Under the pieces are notes generated by a model, which made no database searches, had not been told where the DNA came from, and worked only from the letters and a program-made list of their open reading frames with translations. This document shows, piece by piece, positions 7,123 to 14,483 of a DNA stretch of 55,098 bases. Source of the stretch: a virus (taxonomy: Duplodnaviria; Caudoviricetes); the IMG/VR virus record IMGVR_UViG_3300021197_000270, positions 1-55,098 of that record. One strand, 5' to 3'. The position numbers were made by a program, and so were the translations under genes. Every line of letters begins with the position of its first letter. Positions within the stretch are counted from its first letter, which is position 1.

Positions 7123-7309
7123 GTGTCACAAGTGTGACAAGAAGGCGGACGCAAAGGATGGGAACATCCTCCTTTGCACGGATCATTGGTTTGAAATCTA
7201 CGGAGGTAGAAATGGGAAAAGTAAAAGCATGGGTCATGGACATGGAGGAGGATGCTATCGACATGACCGTGGAAGAGTGGACAACCAAACATGGCGAGAG
7301 CGTGATTGA
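7106..7309 (+). CDS. Small putative zinc-binding protein
   Basis: CxxC...CxxH; C-terminal part overlaps the next gene. Confidence 0.45.
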   Translation: MLSISKCHKCDKKADAKDGNILLCTDHWFEIYGGRNGKSKSMGHGHGGGCYRHDRGRVDNQTWRERD

Positions 7310-7391
7310 GGTTTACCATGAGGCGCGGCGCAAGTACGCGGGTTTAGTTAACGAAGGACCGGACGGTCCACCGGAGGATGAAGATGAGTAA
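7212..7391 (+). CDS. Hypothetical protein (MGKVKAW...)
   Basis: GGAGGT RBS before ATG 7212. Confidence 0.75.
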   Translation: MGKVKAWVMDMEEDAIDMTVEEWTTKHGESVIEVYHEARRKYAGLVNEGPDGPPEDEDE

Positions 7392-7581
7392 CTATGAGGT
7401 AAGGGTAACACCGCATTTTTCTGGCAAGACGTACAATGTTGATTTGGTGTCTTGGGATAGAAAGGGCAACGGCATGATGGTGGGCAAGGCTTTTGATGTA
7501 TCTCGTCAAGAAGCAGATAAGGAATCAAAGCGCGTTGCTGAGTTATACAACGCCACAATAACGGACAAAGACGATGAGTGA
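7384..7581 (+). CDS. Hypothetical protein
   Basis: GGAGG RBS, overlap. Confidence 0.7.
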   Translation: MSNYEVRVTPHFSGKTYNVDLVSWDRKGNGMMVGKAFDVSRQEADKESKRVAELYNATITDKDDE

Positions 7582-7873
7582 CATGGACTGGACACTAAGT
7601 TTTCTGTCGTCCGTGGCAGGCCAAATCACAACGTCATCAGGTGAGGGCAGCACGACACGTTTGTTTGCGTGGGGCACGAAGGGCGTTAACGAGGTTTTGC
7701 ATCCGGCGGACTATTGGCTGTTTTACATCGTGGATGATAACGGCAAGCAAGGTGTGAGGATCAAGTCCTTTATCGCGCCGGACTCGGAGTTCTATTCCGT
7801 GATCGGATACTGCAAGTATCACGGCATTCAGTGTGAGATAGATGAGAGTTTACCGGAGGATGATGATGAATAA
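7574..7873 (+). CDS. Hypothetical protein
   Basis: 8-bp overlap with upstream gene. Confidence 0.7.
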   Translation: MSDMDWTLSFLSSVAGQITTSSGEGSTTRLFAWGTKGVNEVLHPADYWLFYIVDDNGKQGVRIKSFIAPDSEFYSVIGYCKYHGIQCEIDESLPEDDDE

Positions 7874-8135
7874 ACGAGTGCAAGTTGCCCCACCATGGGT
7901 TCGCGGTTCAATGAGGCATGGGAGTCCGGCGGATCGTGGCTCGGCGGACGCATATTATGGGCGCCGTCCTGCTCCGCATTACGATCAGGTGCAGGAAAAC
8001 GGTTCGATGAAGCGCATCGAGCGCGAGGAGATGACGGATGAGCAAATCCAAGATTACCTCCGCGCCTATGAAAACGAGGATGACCGCAAGGATTGGGGCG
8101 GTCCAGAGCTGGAGGATGATGATGTTGAAACTTGA
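7866..8135 (+). CDS. Conserved phage protein (HGSP.DRGSAD.YYGR...PH)
   Basis: Recognisable motif; GGAGG RBS. Confidence 0.75.
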   Translation: MNKRVQVAPPWVRGSMRHGSPADRGSADAYYGRRPAPHYDQVQENGSMKRIEREEMTDEQIQDYLRAYENEDDRKDWGGPELEDDDVET

Positions 8136-8574
8136 AATAATTCCAGGATTACGTCCGGAGGATGATGATTTGGATTGGGTTTACAAGATGCGTGACAAGT
8201 GGGCAGACCTTGATGCGAACCGCGAATACCATGAGCAACACCCGCCGCAAGTTGGTGATTTGGTGGTAGTTTTGCACACGGCCTCACATTACGAAATGCA
8301 AAAGCCGCATGTGACAAGAATCAAGGCCATAACCGATAGGGGTCGGATTGTTGTGGATCACGATCATGAGGCATGGGCAGGCAAATCATTCTGGAAGTCG
8401 GGGCAGAATTGCAAGGCTCCGAAGGGACAGTGTTGGTTGGTTCCCGCTGAACTTTACCGAGACATCCCGCTTACTAAAGAAAACGCCCGATTAAAGAGCA
8501 ACGAAGAACGCGAACTTAAAATGCTTGAAAATGGTTACTTGAGAGCCAGAGGCAGAAGGAGGGCATGGCAATGA
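8122..8574 (+). CDS. Hypothetical protein, SH3/KOW-like (VGDLVVV)
   Basis: GGAGG RBS before the ATG cluster. Confidence 0.7.
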   Translation: MLKLEIIPGLRPEDDDLDWVYKMRDKWADLDANREYHEQHPPQVGDLVVVLHTASHYEMQKPHVTRIKAITDRGRIVVDHDHEAWAGKSFWKSGQNCKAPKGQCWLVPAELYRDIPLTKENARLKSNEERELKMLENGYLRARGRRRAWQ

Positions 8575-8750
8575 AGAACGCCGCAGACATGACGGTTGAC
8601 GAGTTCGCGCAAGAACTTAGACGCATCCGCGACAAGGCTTGGTTTATCAAAACCATTGCTGGCACGAGGCAGGATCGCTCATACAAGAACCAGCAGCGCG
8701 GTGATTTTTATGGGAAAGACAACAAGTGTCAGATCAAAAAGAATACCTGA
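8565..8750 (+). CDS. Hypothetical protein
   Basis: AGGAGG RBS. Confidence 0.6.
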   Translation: MAMKNAADMTVDEFAQELRRIRDKAWFIKTIAGTRQDRSYKNQQRGDFYGKDNKCQIKKNT

Positions 8751-8923
8751 TCGCGCAAGACTTCATCGTCCATGGGTCTCACTACTATGTAGTGAAGGCA
8801 AATACCATGGGCGAAGCGATTGCGCTAATTGAGAACGATCCGGACTTGTTACCAGTCGATTACGAGACGAACAAGTTCAAGGTCATTGGCTACACCGAGT
8901 CGGAGGACAACTATGATAGTTAA
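8726..8923 (+). CDS. Hypothetical protein
   Basis: GTG start, fits operon packing. Confidence 0.6.
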   Translation: MSDQKEYLIAQDFIVHGSHYYVVKANTMGEAIALIENDPDLLPVDYETNKFKVIGYTESEDNYDS

Positions 8924-9101
8924 GTTTCTAACGGTGATACTGATGTGCACCGGAAGCGAATGTAAATGGATTGAAGGTTCATTGCACAATGAAAAATGGC
9001 AGTGCTTGTACGAGATTGCTGAAATGCGGCCTAAATATTACGAAAACAAAACCATGAAATTTGTGGACTGTAAGAGAATAACAACTTATAAACATGGCTA
9101 A
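8913..9101 (+). CDS. Small Cys-containing protein with hydrophobic N-terminus
   Basis: GGAGG RBS; four Cys. Confidence 0.6.
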   Translation: MIVKFLTVILMCTGSECKWIEGSLHNEKWQCLYEIAEMRPKYYENKTMKFVDCKRITTYKHG

Positions 9102-9672
9102 TGATAATAAAATCTTAGATTTCACAATTACTTTGTACTCAAACAAGTTGAAGATTGTGAAGGAGGTGGTCTGTAAGCCCACCGAAGTGGAGAAGGTGAT
9201 TGATGAGTTGGACAAACAAGCCAGCATCCCCAGAAGGGGAGACGGTCACCATGGTTACTACATCGAGGTCGAAGTAAGGAGGCATAAGGATGTATATAGG
9301 AAACCAAACGGTGTTGATAAACGACACCCTAAACCTGCTACGCGGAAAGCTAGTGCGGTTCATTCTGGAGGACGGGGACATGCGGATGATCGCAAACCTC
9401 GTGGCAACAGCGGACGAACTGGGTCTGGAGTACGATCAGGAGTCGATGACGTATCGGGATCGAAAGGGCGAGGAGGCAAGACGCAAGAGCCGAGCGCAAC
9501 TAGCAAAGGAACTAGAGCCAGGACTCAATGCACTGTTCGGGACGGATTACGCAAGACACGACCCGAACCTAAGTCCGGAGGAAAGAGAGCAGATGCTGAA
9601 GGAGGCAAAGCGTCTGGAGGCAAACCGCAAGGCGCGAGAAAAGTATCACGCAAAAAAGAAAGGCAAAGCTAA
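9094..9672 (+). CDS. Hypothetical protein; basic low-complexity C-terminal two-thirds overlaps 9290..9703 in another frame
   Basis: 8-bp overlap at start; TAATG coupling with 9672 at its stop. Confidence 0.5.
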   Translation: MANDNKILDFTITLYSNKLKIVKEVVCKPTEVEKVIDELDKQASIPRRGDGHHGYYIEVEVRRHKDVYRKPNGVDKRHPKPATRKASAVHSGGRGHADDRKPRGNSGRTGSGVRSGVDDVSGSKGRGGKTQEPSATSKGTRARTQCTVRDGLRKTRPEPKSGGKRADAEGGKASGGKPQGARKVSRKKERQS

Positions 9673-9703
9673 TGGCAGCAAAGCGCGGAAGACCTCAAGT
9701 TGA
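9290..9703 (+). CDS. Accessory protein containing a copy of the major capsid protein N-terminal segment
   Basis: AGGAGG RBS; SRAQLAKELEPGLNALFG identical to MCP residues 4-21. Confidence 0.8.
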   Translation: MYIGNQTVLINDTLNLLRGKLVRFILEDGDMRMIANLVATADELGLEYDQESMTYRDRKGEEARRKSRAQLAKELEPGLNALFGTDYARHDPNLSPEEREQMLKEAKRLEANRKAREKYHAKKKGKANGSKARKTSS

Positions 9704-9848
9704 GGAGAAGGCGGCTTTTCGTAACGTAGCGGTCCCGATAGAAATCTACGACATGATCCGCAAGTTATCCAAGGCTGAAGAGCGGACGATTGCTAGGCAA
9801 TTAGCTGTTCTGATTAAAGAAGCATACCATCGTAAATTGGAGGTTTGA
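9672..9848 (+). CDS. Ribbon-helix-helix-like DNA-binding protein (58 aa; not in ORF track)
   Basis: MAAKRGRPQ...FRNVAVPIEIYDMIRKLSKAEERTIARQLAVLIKEA: beta-strand/helix/helix pattern. Confidence 0.7.
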   Translation: MAAKRGRPQVEEKAAFRNVAVPIEIYDMIRKLSKAEERTIARQLAVLIKEAYHRKLEV

Positions 9849-9849
9849 T

Positions 9850-10065
9850 ATGTTTGGTAAGTTTATGAAGATGTTTTTCCCTATGTTTGTTTCGGAACCG
9901 GAACGTGCGCGGGATGAGAAGGGTCGCCTTGTTGGGGACGACAAGAAGACTCCTACGTTTAATGAAGCGTGGGTCGGGGGTCAGGCGCCGGCAAAGAAGG
10001 TTGCACCCAAGCCGCTACCGAAGAAGCGTGGCAGGCCAAAGGGTAGCAAGAATAAGAAAAAATGA
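9850..10065 (+). CDS. Basic protein with RARD.KGR...DD..TP..NEAW motif and AT-hook-like KRGRPK
   Basis: GGAGGT RBS; motifs visible. Confidence 0.75.
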   Translation: MFGKFMKMFFPMFVSEPERARDEKGRLVGDDKKTPTFNEAWVGGQAPAKKVAPKPLPKKRGRPKGSKNKKK

Positions 10066-10211
10066 AACGCAATCCGCTGGCACGCAAGATCCGTGAGCCG
10101 AGGTTCAGGAAGCGTGTCGTAAAATCCAAGAAGGTATATACAAGGAAGGGGCGGTCAATCCGCCCCTTTCATATTAAGAAACACCTCTTAGCAAAGCAGA
10201 TTCTTTTATGA
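10062..10211 (+). CDS. ArfA-like small basic protein (49 aa; not in ORF track)
   Basis: ATGA overlap; MKRNPLARKIREPRFRKRVVKSKKVYTRKGR resembles the ArfA core. Confidence 0.5.
   Translation: MKRNPLARKIREPRFRKRVVKSKKVYTRKGRSIRPFHIKKHLLAKQILL
10145..10175. terminator. Hairpin/terminator between convergent units, lying inside the ArfA-like ORF
   Basis: AAGGGGCGG-TCAAT-CCGCCCCTT stem. Confidence 0.7.
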
Positions 10212-10407
10212 CTGCTTCAGTATAATTATCCCAACGACCCTGAATGATCTTTCGCTGCACCTCGTTGGCGCTATATAATTGTTTCCAAAGCTCACCGATA
10301 TAATCAACTATCTCAGCGTGGCTTTTGTCTTTTAGGTCTAGTTCAGCTAAAATTCTAAACTGGAAGTTTGTTTCTGGATTATCTAGTTCATGTTGATAAG
10401 CACTCAT
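10174..10407 (-). CDS. Hypothetical protein
   Basis: AAGGAG RBS. Confidence 0.7.
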   Translation of the reverse strand: MSAYQHELDNPETNFQFRILAELDLKDKSHAEIVDYIGELWKQLYSANEVQRKIIQGRWDNYTEAVIKESALLRGVS

Positions 10408-10423
10408 CTCTTTCTCCTTAATG

Positions 10424-10522
10424 TTAGAACAGACTCAGCTGCTCCGGCTCGCGCATGATCTCGTCTATGTCTTTATGCATGATCTCGGTAAACTCACCAG
10501 CCGACCACCATGAAATGATCAT
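10424..10522 (-). CDS. 32-aa mini-ORF MIISWWSAG...EQLSLF (possible deletion remnant of a PAPS-reductase-like gene; clamp-binding motif)
   Basis: ATGA overlap with upstream gene; fills the gap between neighbours; not in ORF track. Confidence 0.55.
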   Translation of the reverse strand: MIISWWSAGEFTEIMHKDIDEIMREPEQLSLF

Positions 10523-10971
10523 GCTTCCCACCTAAACTTCAGCTGCCCATAGATTGGTTGCCACTCCCGACTCCGATTCTTGCGATCCCAGCCCTGCGAG
10601 GTGGGCTTGACCTCCCCGACAATCTTCCAACCGGCGCCTCGAAGCGAGGAGCCAGACTCTTCTTGCAAGGTATATGTCACCATGCGTTGACCACCCATTT
10701 GTTGCCAAATTCGCCAACACCGCCCGTAAAGAAAACTGCACGAGTTTTTGGGTGCGTGATCTACAACGCAAACTCTGGTAACCTCGGCTGTCACCCCATC
10801 GTCTAGCATCCGAGCTACGGGTCTGCCCACAATGGCTACCCCGACAAGTTCGCCTGCATAGGTTGCCCCGATAGCAAACTTACCCCCGCCAGTAGGTTTG
10901 TTGTGGCGGTGAAAGTTATCTACGAACTCGTTCGCCTCACGAATGCTGATCGGTGTTACCGTTAACTTCAC
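10519..10971 (-). CDS. XF1762-family / Mom-like GNAT-fold protein (putative DNA modification)
   Basis: EANEFV...HRH..P...KFAIG...GVAIVGRPVAR.LDDG.T.EV.R...CSFLY...TYTL..E.G.SL..AGW; GTG start at 10971 with GGAG. Confidence 0.75.
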   Translation of the reverse strand: MKLTVTPISIREANEFVDNFHRHNKPTGGGKFAIGATYAGELVGVAIVGRPVARMLDDGVTAEVTRVCVVDHAPKNSCSFLYGRCWRIWQQMGGQRMVTYTLQEESGSSLRGAGWKIVGEVKPTSQGWDRKNRSREWQPIYGQLKFRWEA

Positions 10972-11128
10972 AAGCCTGTTCTCCGGTGCAACATTCACTG
11001 ATAACCAGATGACATACCGAGCATTGTATGTGCCCATGGACATCAACTGGCGGCATCATCGTCTGGCATCGAGGGCAATGCCCCCGTGCTAATCGTTCTG
11101 CAAAAGTACCGTCACCCTGATCTATCAC
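10937..11128 (-). CDS. Small zinc-finger protein
   Basis: CPRC...HGH.QCSVC...ECC. Confidence 0.7.
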   Translation of the reverse strand: MIDQGDGTFAERLARGHCPRCQTMMPPVDVHGHIQCSVCHLVISECCTGEQACEVNGNTDQHS

Positions 11129-11297
11129 GTTTCGTCTCCGCTCTGACGCATACCGCCTCCTGATTTAAAGGCATGTTCTCCCATAGAATCTGACTCGCTG
11201 CCGAGTGACAGTCCTCCATCGTTGGAAACCCCGACAGAACTCTTGTTTCGATTCTGTCCATCTCCACGGCGATCACTAGGACGAGGAGCCATATCAT
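11112..11297 (-). CDS. Small protein with hydrophobic N-terminus
   Basis: GGAG RBS; F.T...C...C pattern. Confidence 0.65.
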   Translation of the reverse strand: MIWLLVLVIAVEMDRIETRVLSGFPTMEDCHSAASQILWENMPLNQEAVCVRAETKRDRSG

Positions 11298-11512
11298 TTC
11301 TCCGCCTGCTTTGTTGTATGAACTGGCCTGTTCTCCGAAAACGAAATGACATTGTCTCTCCCCAATCCTCTAATGAACTTTTCGGCAATATCAGGTGTTA
11401 GACCTGTTAGCTTACCAAACCGATCAACGGCCTGAACAAGTGTCAGACCACCCTTCTTGTAGTCAATCAGCACATCTATGCTGCCTGTGATTTTGGCGTC
11501 AGCTTCAGCCAT
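11294..11512 (-). CDS. Hypothetical protein
   Basis: GGAGG upstream; overlaps helicase 3' end. Confidence 0.55.
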   Translation of the reverse strand: MAEADAKITGSIDVLIDYKKGGLTLVQAVDRFGKLTGLTPDIAEKFIRGLGRDNVISFSENRPVHTTKQAEK

Positions 11513-12963
11513 TCTCTGGCCTCCTCTCCTAATACTCGTGCACCTATATCTATCTTATCACGAAGTGCCTTGACGATCTTCTCGTCAATGGTTCCGTCCG
11601 CAATCAGGTCGATATATGTGACAGGGTTTTTCTGACCTATACGATGACAGCGATCCTCGGACTGGATCCGAGTTTCAAGATTAAAGTCGTTAGCATAGTA
11701 GATCACTGTATTGGCCTCGGTCAGCGTGAGGCCATATCCTGCGGTGGCGGGGTTCGCCACAAAAAATCTTGCAGTTCCGTTCTGGAATCTGTCGATAGCA
11801 ATCTCTCTGTCTTTATCAGACGTATCGCCATAGTACGACACCACCGAGTCTGCGCCATACACCTTGGCTAATTCTGCACGGATGTTGACAATGTCGTAGC
11901 GAAAGCGTGACCAGATGAGAATCTTGCCCGACACCTCCTCGATACAATCCATCATGGCAGACAGTCGTTGAGTCGGCACTTCAAGCATATCACCTTGATC
12001 AGTCTTTATATGCCCCGATAGCACTTGTTGCAGGCGTAACATCTGGGTGATGACTTGCGGCGCCGACACCAGTTTACCGTCATCCAAGAGCGTCATGGCC
12101 TCCTTTTGCAAATCCTTATACATACGCAACTGTTCCATGGTCATCCCGACAGAGCGCACAGTGTAGGTCTTTTCTGGTAGATCCAGACAATCCTTCTTCA
12201 ACACCCGAAAAGTAAACGGATCAATCTTTCTTGTTAACTCTTCCAAGTTTTTGTAGCCAAGAACCTGTTGGAAGCTATGCGCGCCCATGCTGCGCTTCTG
12301 TAAGACGGCGTAGCGGCCTTGGAATGCATAAAAGGAATCATAGCCAAGGATTTCAGGGTCAAGGAACTGGAACTGCGCGAACAAATCCATTGGGGACTTT
12401 GTTACAGGTGAGCCTGTCAACAGCCTTCTATACTTGAAGTTGCCTGCAATCTTGAGTAAGGACTTGGTGCGTTTGGCTTTGTGGTTTTTGATGGTTGTCG
12501 ATTCATCAATGGCTATAAGGCCAAATCGCCCGAACTTTTTAGCCATCCATTCCCCAGCCACCTTGCCCTTGGCTGACGAGAACGCCTCCACGTTCATGAC
12601 GAATATCTTCACACCTGGCTCTCTACTAGAGAAGAACTCCCGAACCTGTTCCCGATAAGCCTTACCCTGATTTGCCTGCCAGTGGCAGACGGTATGTGGA
12701 ACCTCGTCCGAAAAATGTTGCGGAATCTCTTTGTTGATCCAATTACGATACACGCCTTTTGGGGCAATGATTAATGCGAACTCGACACGATCTAGAGGGT
12801 AGGTCGATTGCGACCCAAGATAGGCAATACTGTCGATCAAAACCTTTGATTTACCAGTGCCCATCTCCATAAAGAACCCAAACGATTCTTTGTCAACACT
12901 ACGATCCAACGCCTCTACTTGGTGTGCATACGGTTTCGTTTTGAATTTGTAGTTGACTTCCAT
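11476..12963 (-). CDS. SNF2-family (SF2) helicase
   Basis: EMGTGKS, DES, LTGSP, GYGLTL, QSEDRCHRIGQ. Confidence 0.95.
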   Translation of the reverse strand: MEVNYKFKTKPYAHQVEALDRSVDKESFGFFMEMGTGKSKVLIDSIAYLGSQSTYPLDRVEFALIIAPKGVYRNWINKEIPQHFSDEVPHTVCHWQANQGKAYREQVREFFSSREPGVKIFVMNVEAFSSAKGKVAGEWMAKKFGRFGLIAIDESTTIKNHKAKRTKSLLKIAGNFKYRRLLTGSPVTKSPMDLFAQFQFLDPEILGYDSFYAFQGRYAVLQKRSMGAHSFQQVLGYKNLEELTRKIDPFTFRVLKKDCLDLPEKTYTVRSVGMTMEQLRMYKDLQKEAMTLLDDGKLVSAPQVITQMLRLQQVLSGHIKTDQGDMLEVPTQRLSAMMDCIEEVSGKILIWSRFRYDIVNIRAELAKVYGADSVVSYYGDTSDKDREIAIDRFQNGTARFFVANPATAGYGLTLTEANTVIYYANDFNLETRIQSEDRCHRIGQKNPVTYIDLIADGTIDEKIVKALRDKIDIGARVLGEEAREWLKLTPKSQAA

Positions 12964-13044
12964 CTATGTCCTCCTATATGGTCTGAACATAGGGTGCCGG
13001 AACGGTTCCGTCAACCCACTTAACCTGAAGAGGATGTACTTGCT

Positions 13045-13617
13045 ATGCAGCAGAGTGAAACAATCTTTGATGAAGAGATGTTCGCAGATGCAGACACGCT
13101 ATCCGGCGTTGATGCAGATGGGGGCAAACAGTTATCCGGTTTAGTCCGCCGGCTTAATGAGAAACAAGAACAAATTGACGAGACTGAAAAGTATCTCAAA
13201 GGACTCAAAGCAGAAAAACAGCGGATTGCGTTTGAACAGATACCTATGCTCATGGATGAGATGGGTATTGAGCGTGTGGATGTGGACGGTGCTACCGTGA
13301 CACTGAAGCCGTTCGTGTCGGCCTCGATCCCTGCTGACCGGAAGCAGGAGGCTTTTAATTGGCTCCGAGAACATGGTCTGGATGACATCATAAAGAACGA
13401 CATCATTGTGTCGTTTGGTCGTGGGCAAGACAACCAAGCCGGGGACGTTATGTACGACCTTGAGCAAAAAGGTTTTCACCCAGAACAGAAGACTCATATC
13501 CATTCGATGACCCTCAAGGCGTTCATTCGTGAACAAGTAGAGAAGGGCAAGCCGATAGATCTGGATATGTTTGGAGCCTATGTAGCAAGAACTGCTGAAG
13601 TAAAGAGGAAGAAATAA
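13045..13617 (+). CDS. Conserved replication-module protein (coiled coil; AFNWLRE.G...IIK; H..TLKAF)
   Basis: GAGG RBS; first gene of the replication operon. Confidence 0.8.
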   Translation: MQQSETIFDEEMFADADTLSGVDADGGKQLSGLVRRLNEKQEQIDETEKYLKGLKAEKQRIAFEQIPMLMDEMGIERVDVDGATVTLKPFVSASIPADRKQEAFNWLREHGLDDIIKNDIIVSFGRGQDNQAGDVMYDLEQKGFHPEQKTHIHSMTLKAFIREQVEKGKPIDLDMFGAYVARTAEVKRKK

Positions 13618-14438
13618 TGGCTAATCAAGTAGCAAAAAAAGAAGAGGCTGGTCTGCCAGCCGAAATGATGGACGATATTTTTGACACCGCTGGCGAGGGT
13701 ACAACCTATGAAGCTAGTGAGTTGCAGATTCCATTTGTGCGTGTAGCGCAGGGAACGTCCCCACAACTCAAGAAAAGCGATATGAAGTATATTGCTGATC
13801 TGCGCCAAGGCGACATCTTCAACACCGTATCCAACGAGATCTGGGACGGCGAGAAGGGCATTACCGTTATCCCATGCTACCAAGTGACTACTTATCCAGA
13901 GTTTGTCGCTGGTGATCAAGGTGGGGGCTTTGTCGGGGTACGAGCACCGGACGATCCGGATTTGTCCCAGACTACGCGGGTAGGTGCAAAGGAATATCTG
14001 CCCAACGGTAACGAGGTTATCAAAAGCGATCAGCACTTCTGCCTTATCTTAGGCGAAGACGGTATGTACGAGCCTGCCATTGTGGACTTTAAGTCCACCG
14101 GTTTGAAAGTTAGCCGCCGCTGGAAGACCCAGATTGCCATGCAGAAGGTAAAGCATCCAAAGACTGGTGAAATGAAGACACCGGCTTTGTTTGCTACCAT
14201 GTGGAAGATGACAGTGGTGGAGGAATCCAAGACTGTCGATGGTGAGTTGCGTACTTGGTACAACTGGTCGATTGAGAAGGTCGGCCTTGTACAGGATAAG
14301 GCTTTGTTCAACGAAGCAAAGCTGTTCCGCGAACAAGTCATGAAGGGTGAGGCTAAAGCCCAACAGGAAGAGACACCAATGGCGTCTGCGACTCCTGTGG
14401 ACAATACGCCTGTAGAGGATGACGACATCCCATTCTAG
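13617..14438 (+). CDS. Putative single-stranded DNA-binding protein
   Basis: Acidic C-terminal tail EDDDIPF; position before primase. Confidence 0.65.
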   Translation: MANQVAKKEEAGLPAEMMDDIFDTAGEGTTYEASELQIPFVRVAQGTSPQLKKSDMKYIADLRQGDIFNTVSNEIWDGEKGITVIPCYQVTTYPEFVAGDQGGGFVGVRAPDDPDLSQTTRVGAKEYLPNGNEVIKSDQHFCLILGEDGMYEPAIVDFKSTGLKVSRRWKTQIAMQKVKHPKTGEMKTPALFATMWKMTVVEESKTVDGELRTWYNWSIEKVGLVQDKALFNEAKLFREQVMKGEAKAQQEETPMASATPVDNTPVEDDDIPF

Positions 14439-14443
14439 TGACT

Positions 14444-14471
14444 AGGGGGAGGTTCGCCTCCCCCCTTTTTT
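14444..14471 (+). terminator. Intrinsic terminator
   Basis: AGGGGGAGG-TTCG-CCTCCCCCT plus T run. Confidence 0.8.
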
Positions 14472-14483
14472 GCGGAGCGAGTA

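Noticed and set aside
12990-13020. Possible tRNA or ncRNA in the divergent intergenic region
   Set aside because: Only a short hairpin (GGAAC/GTTCC); no cloverleaf or T-loop
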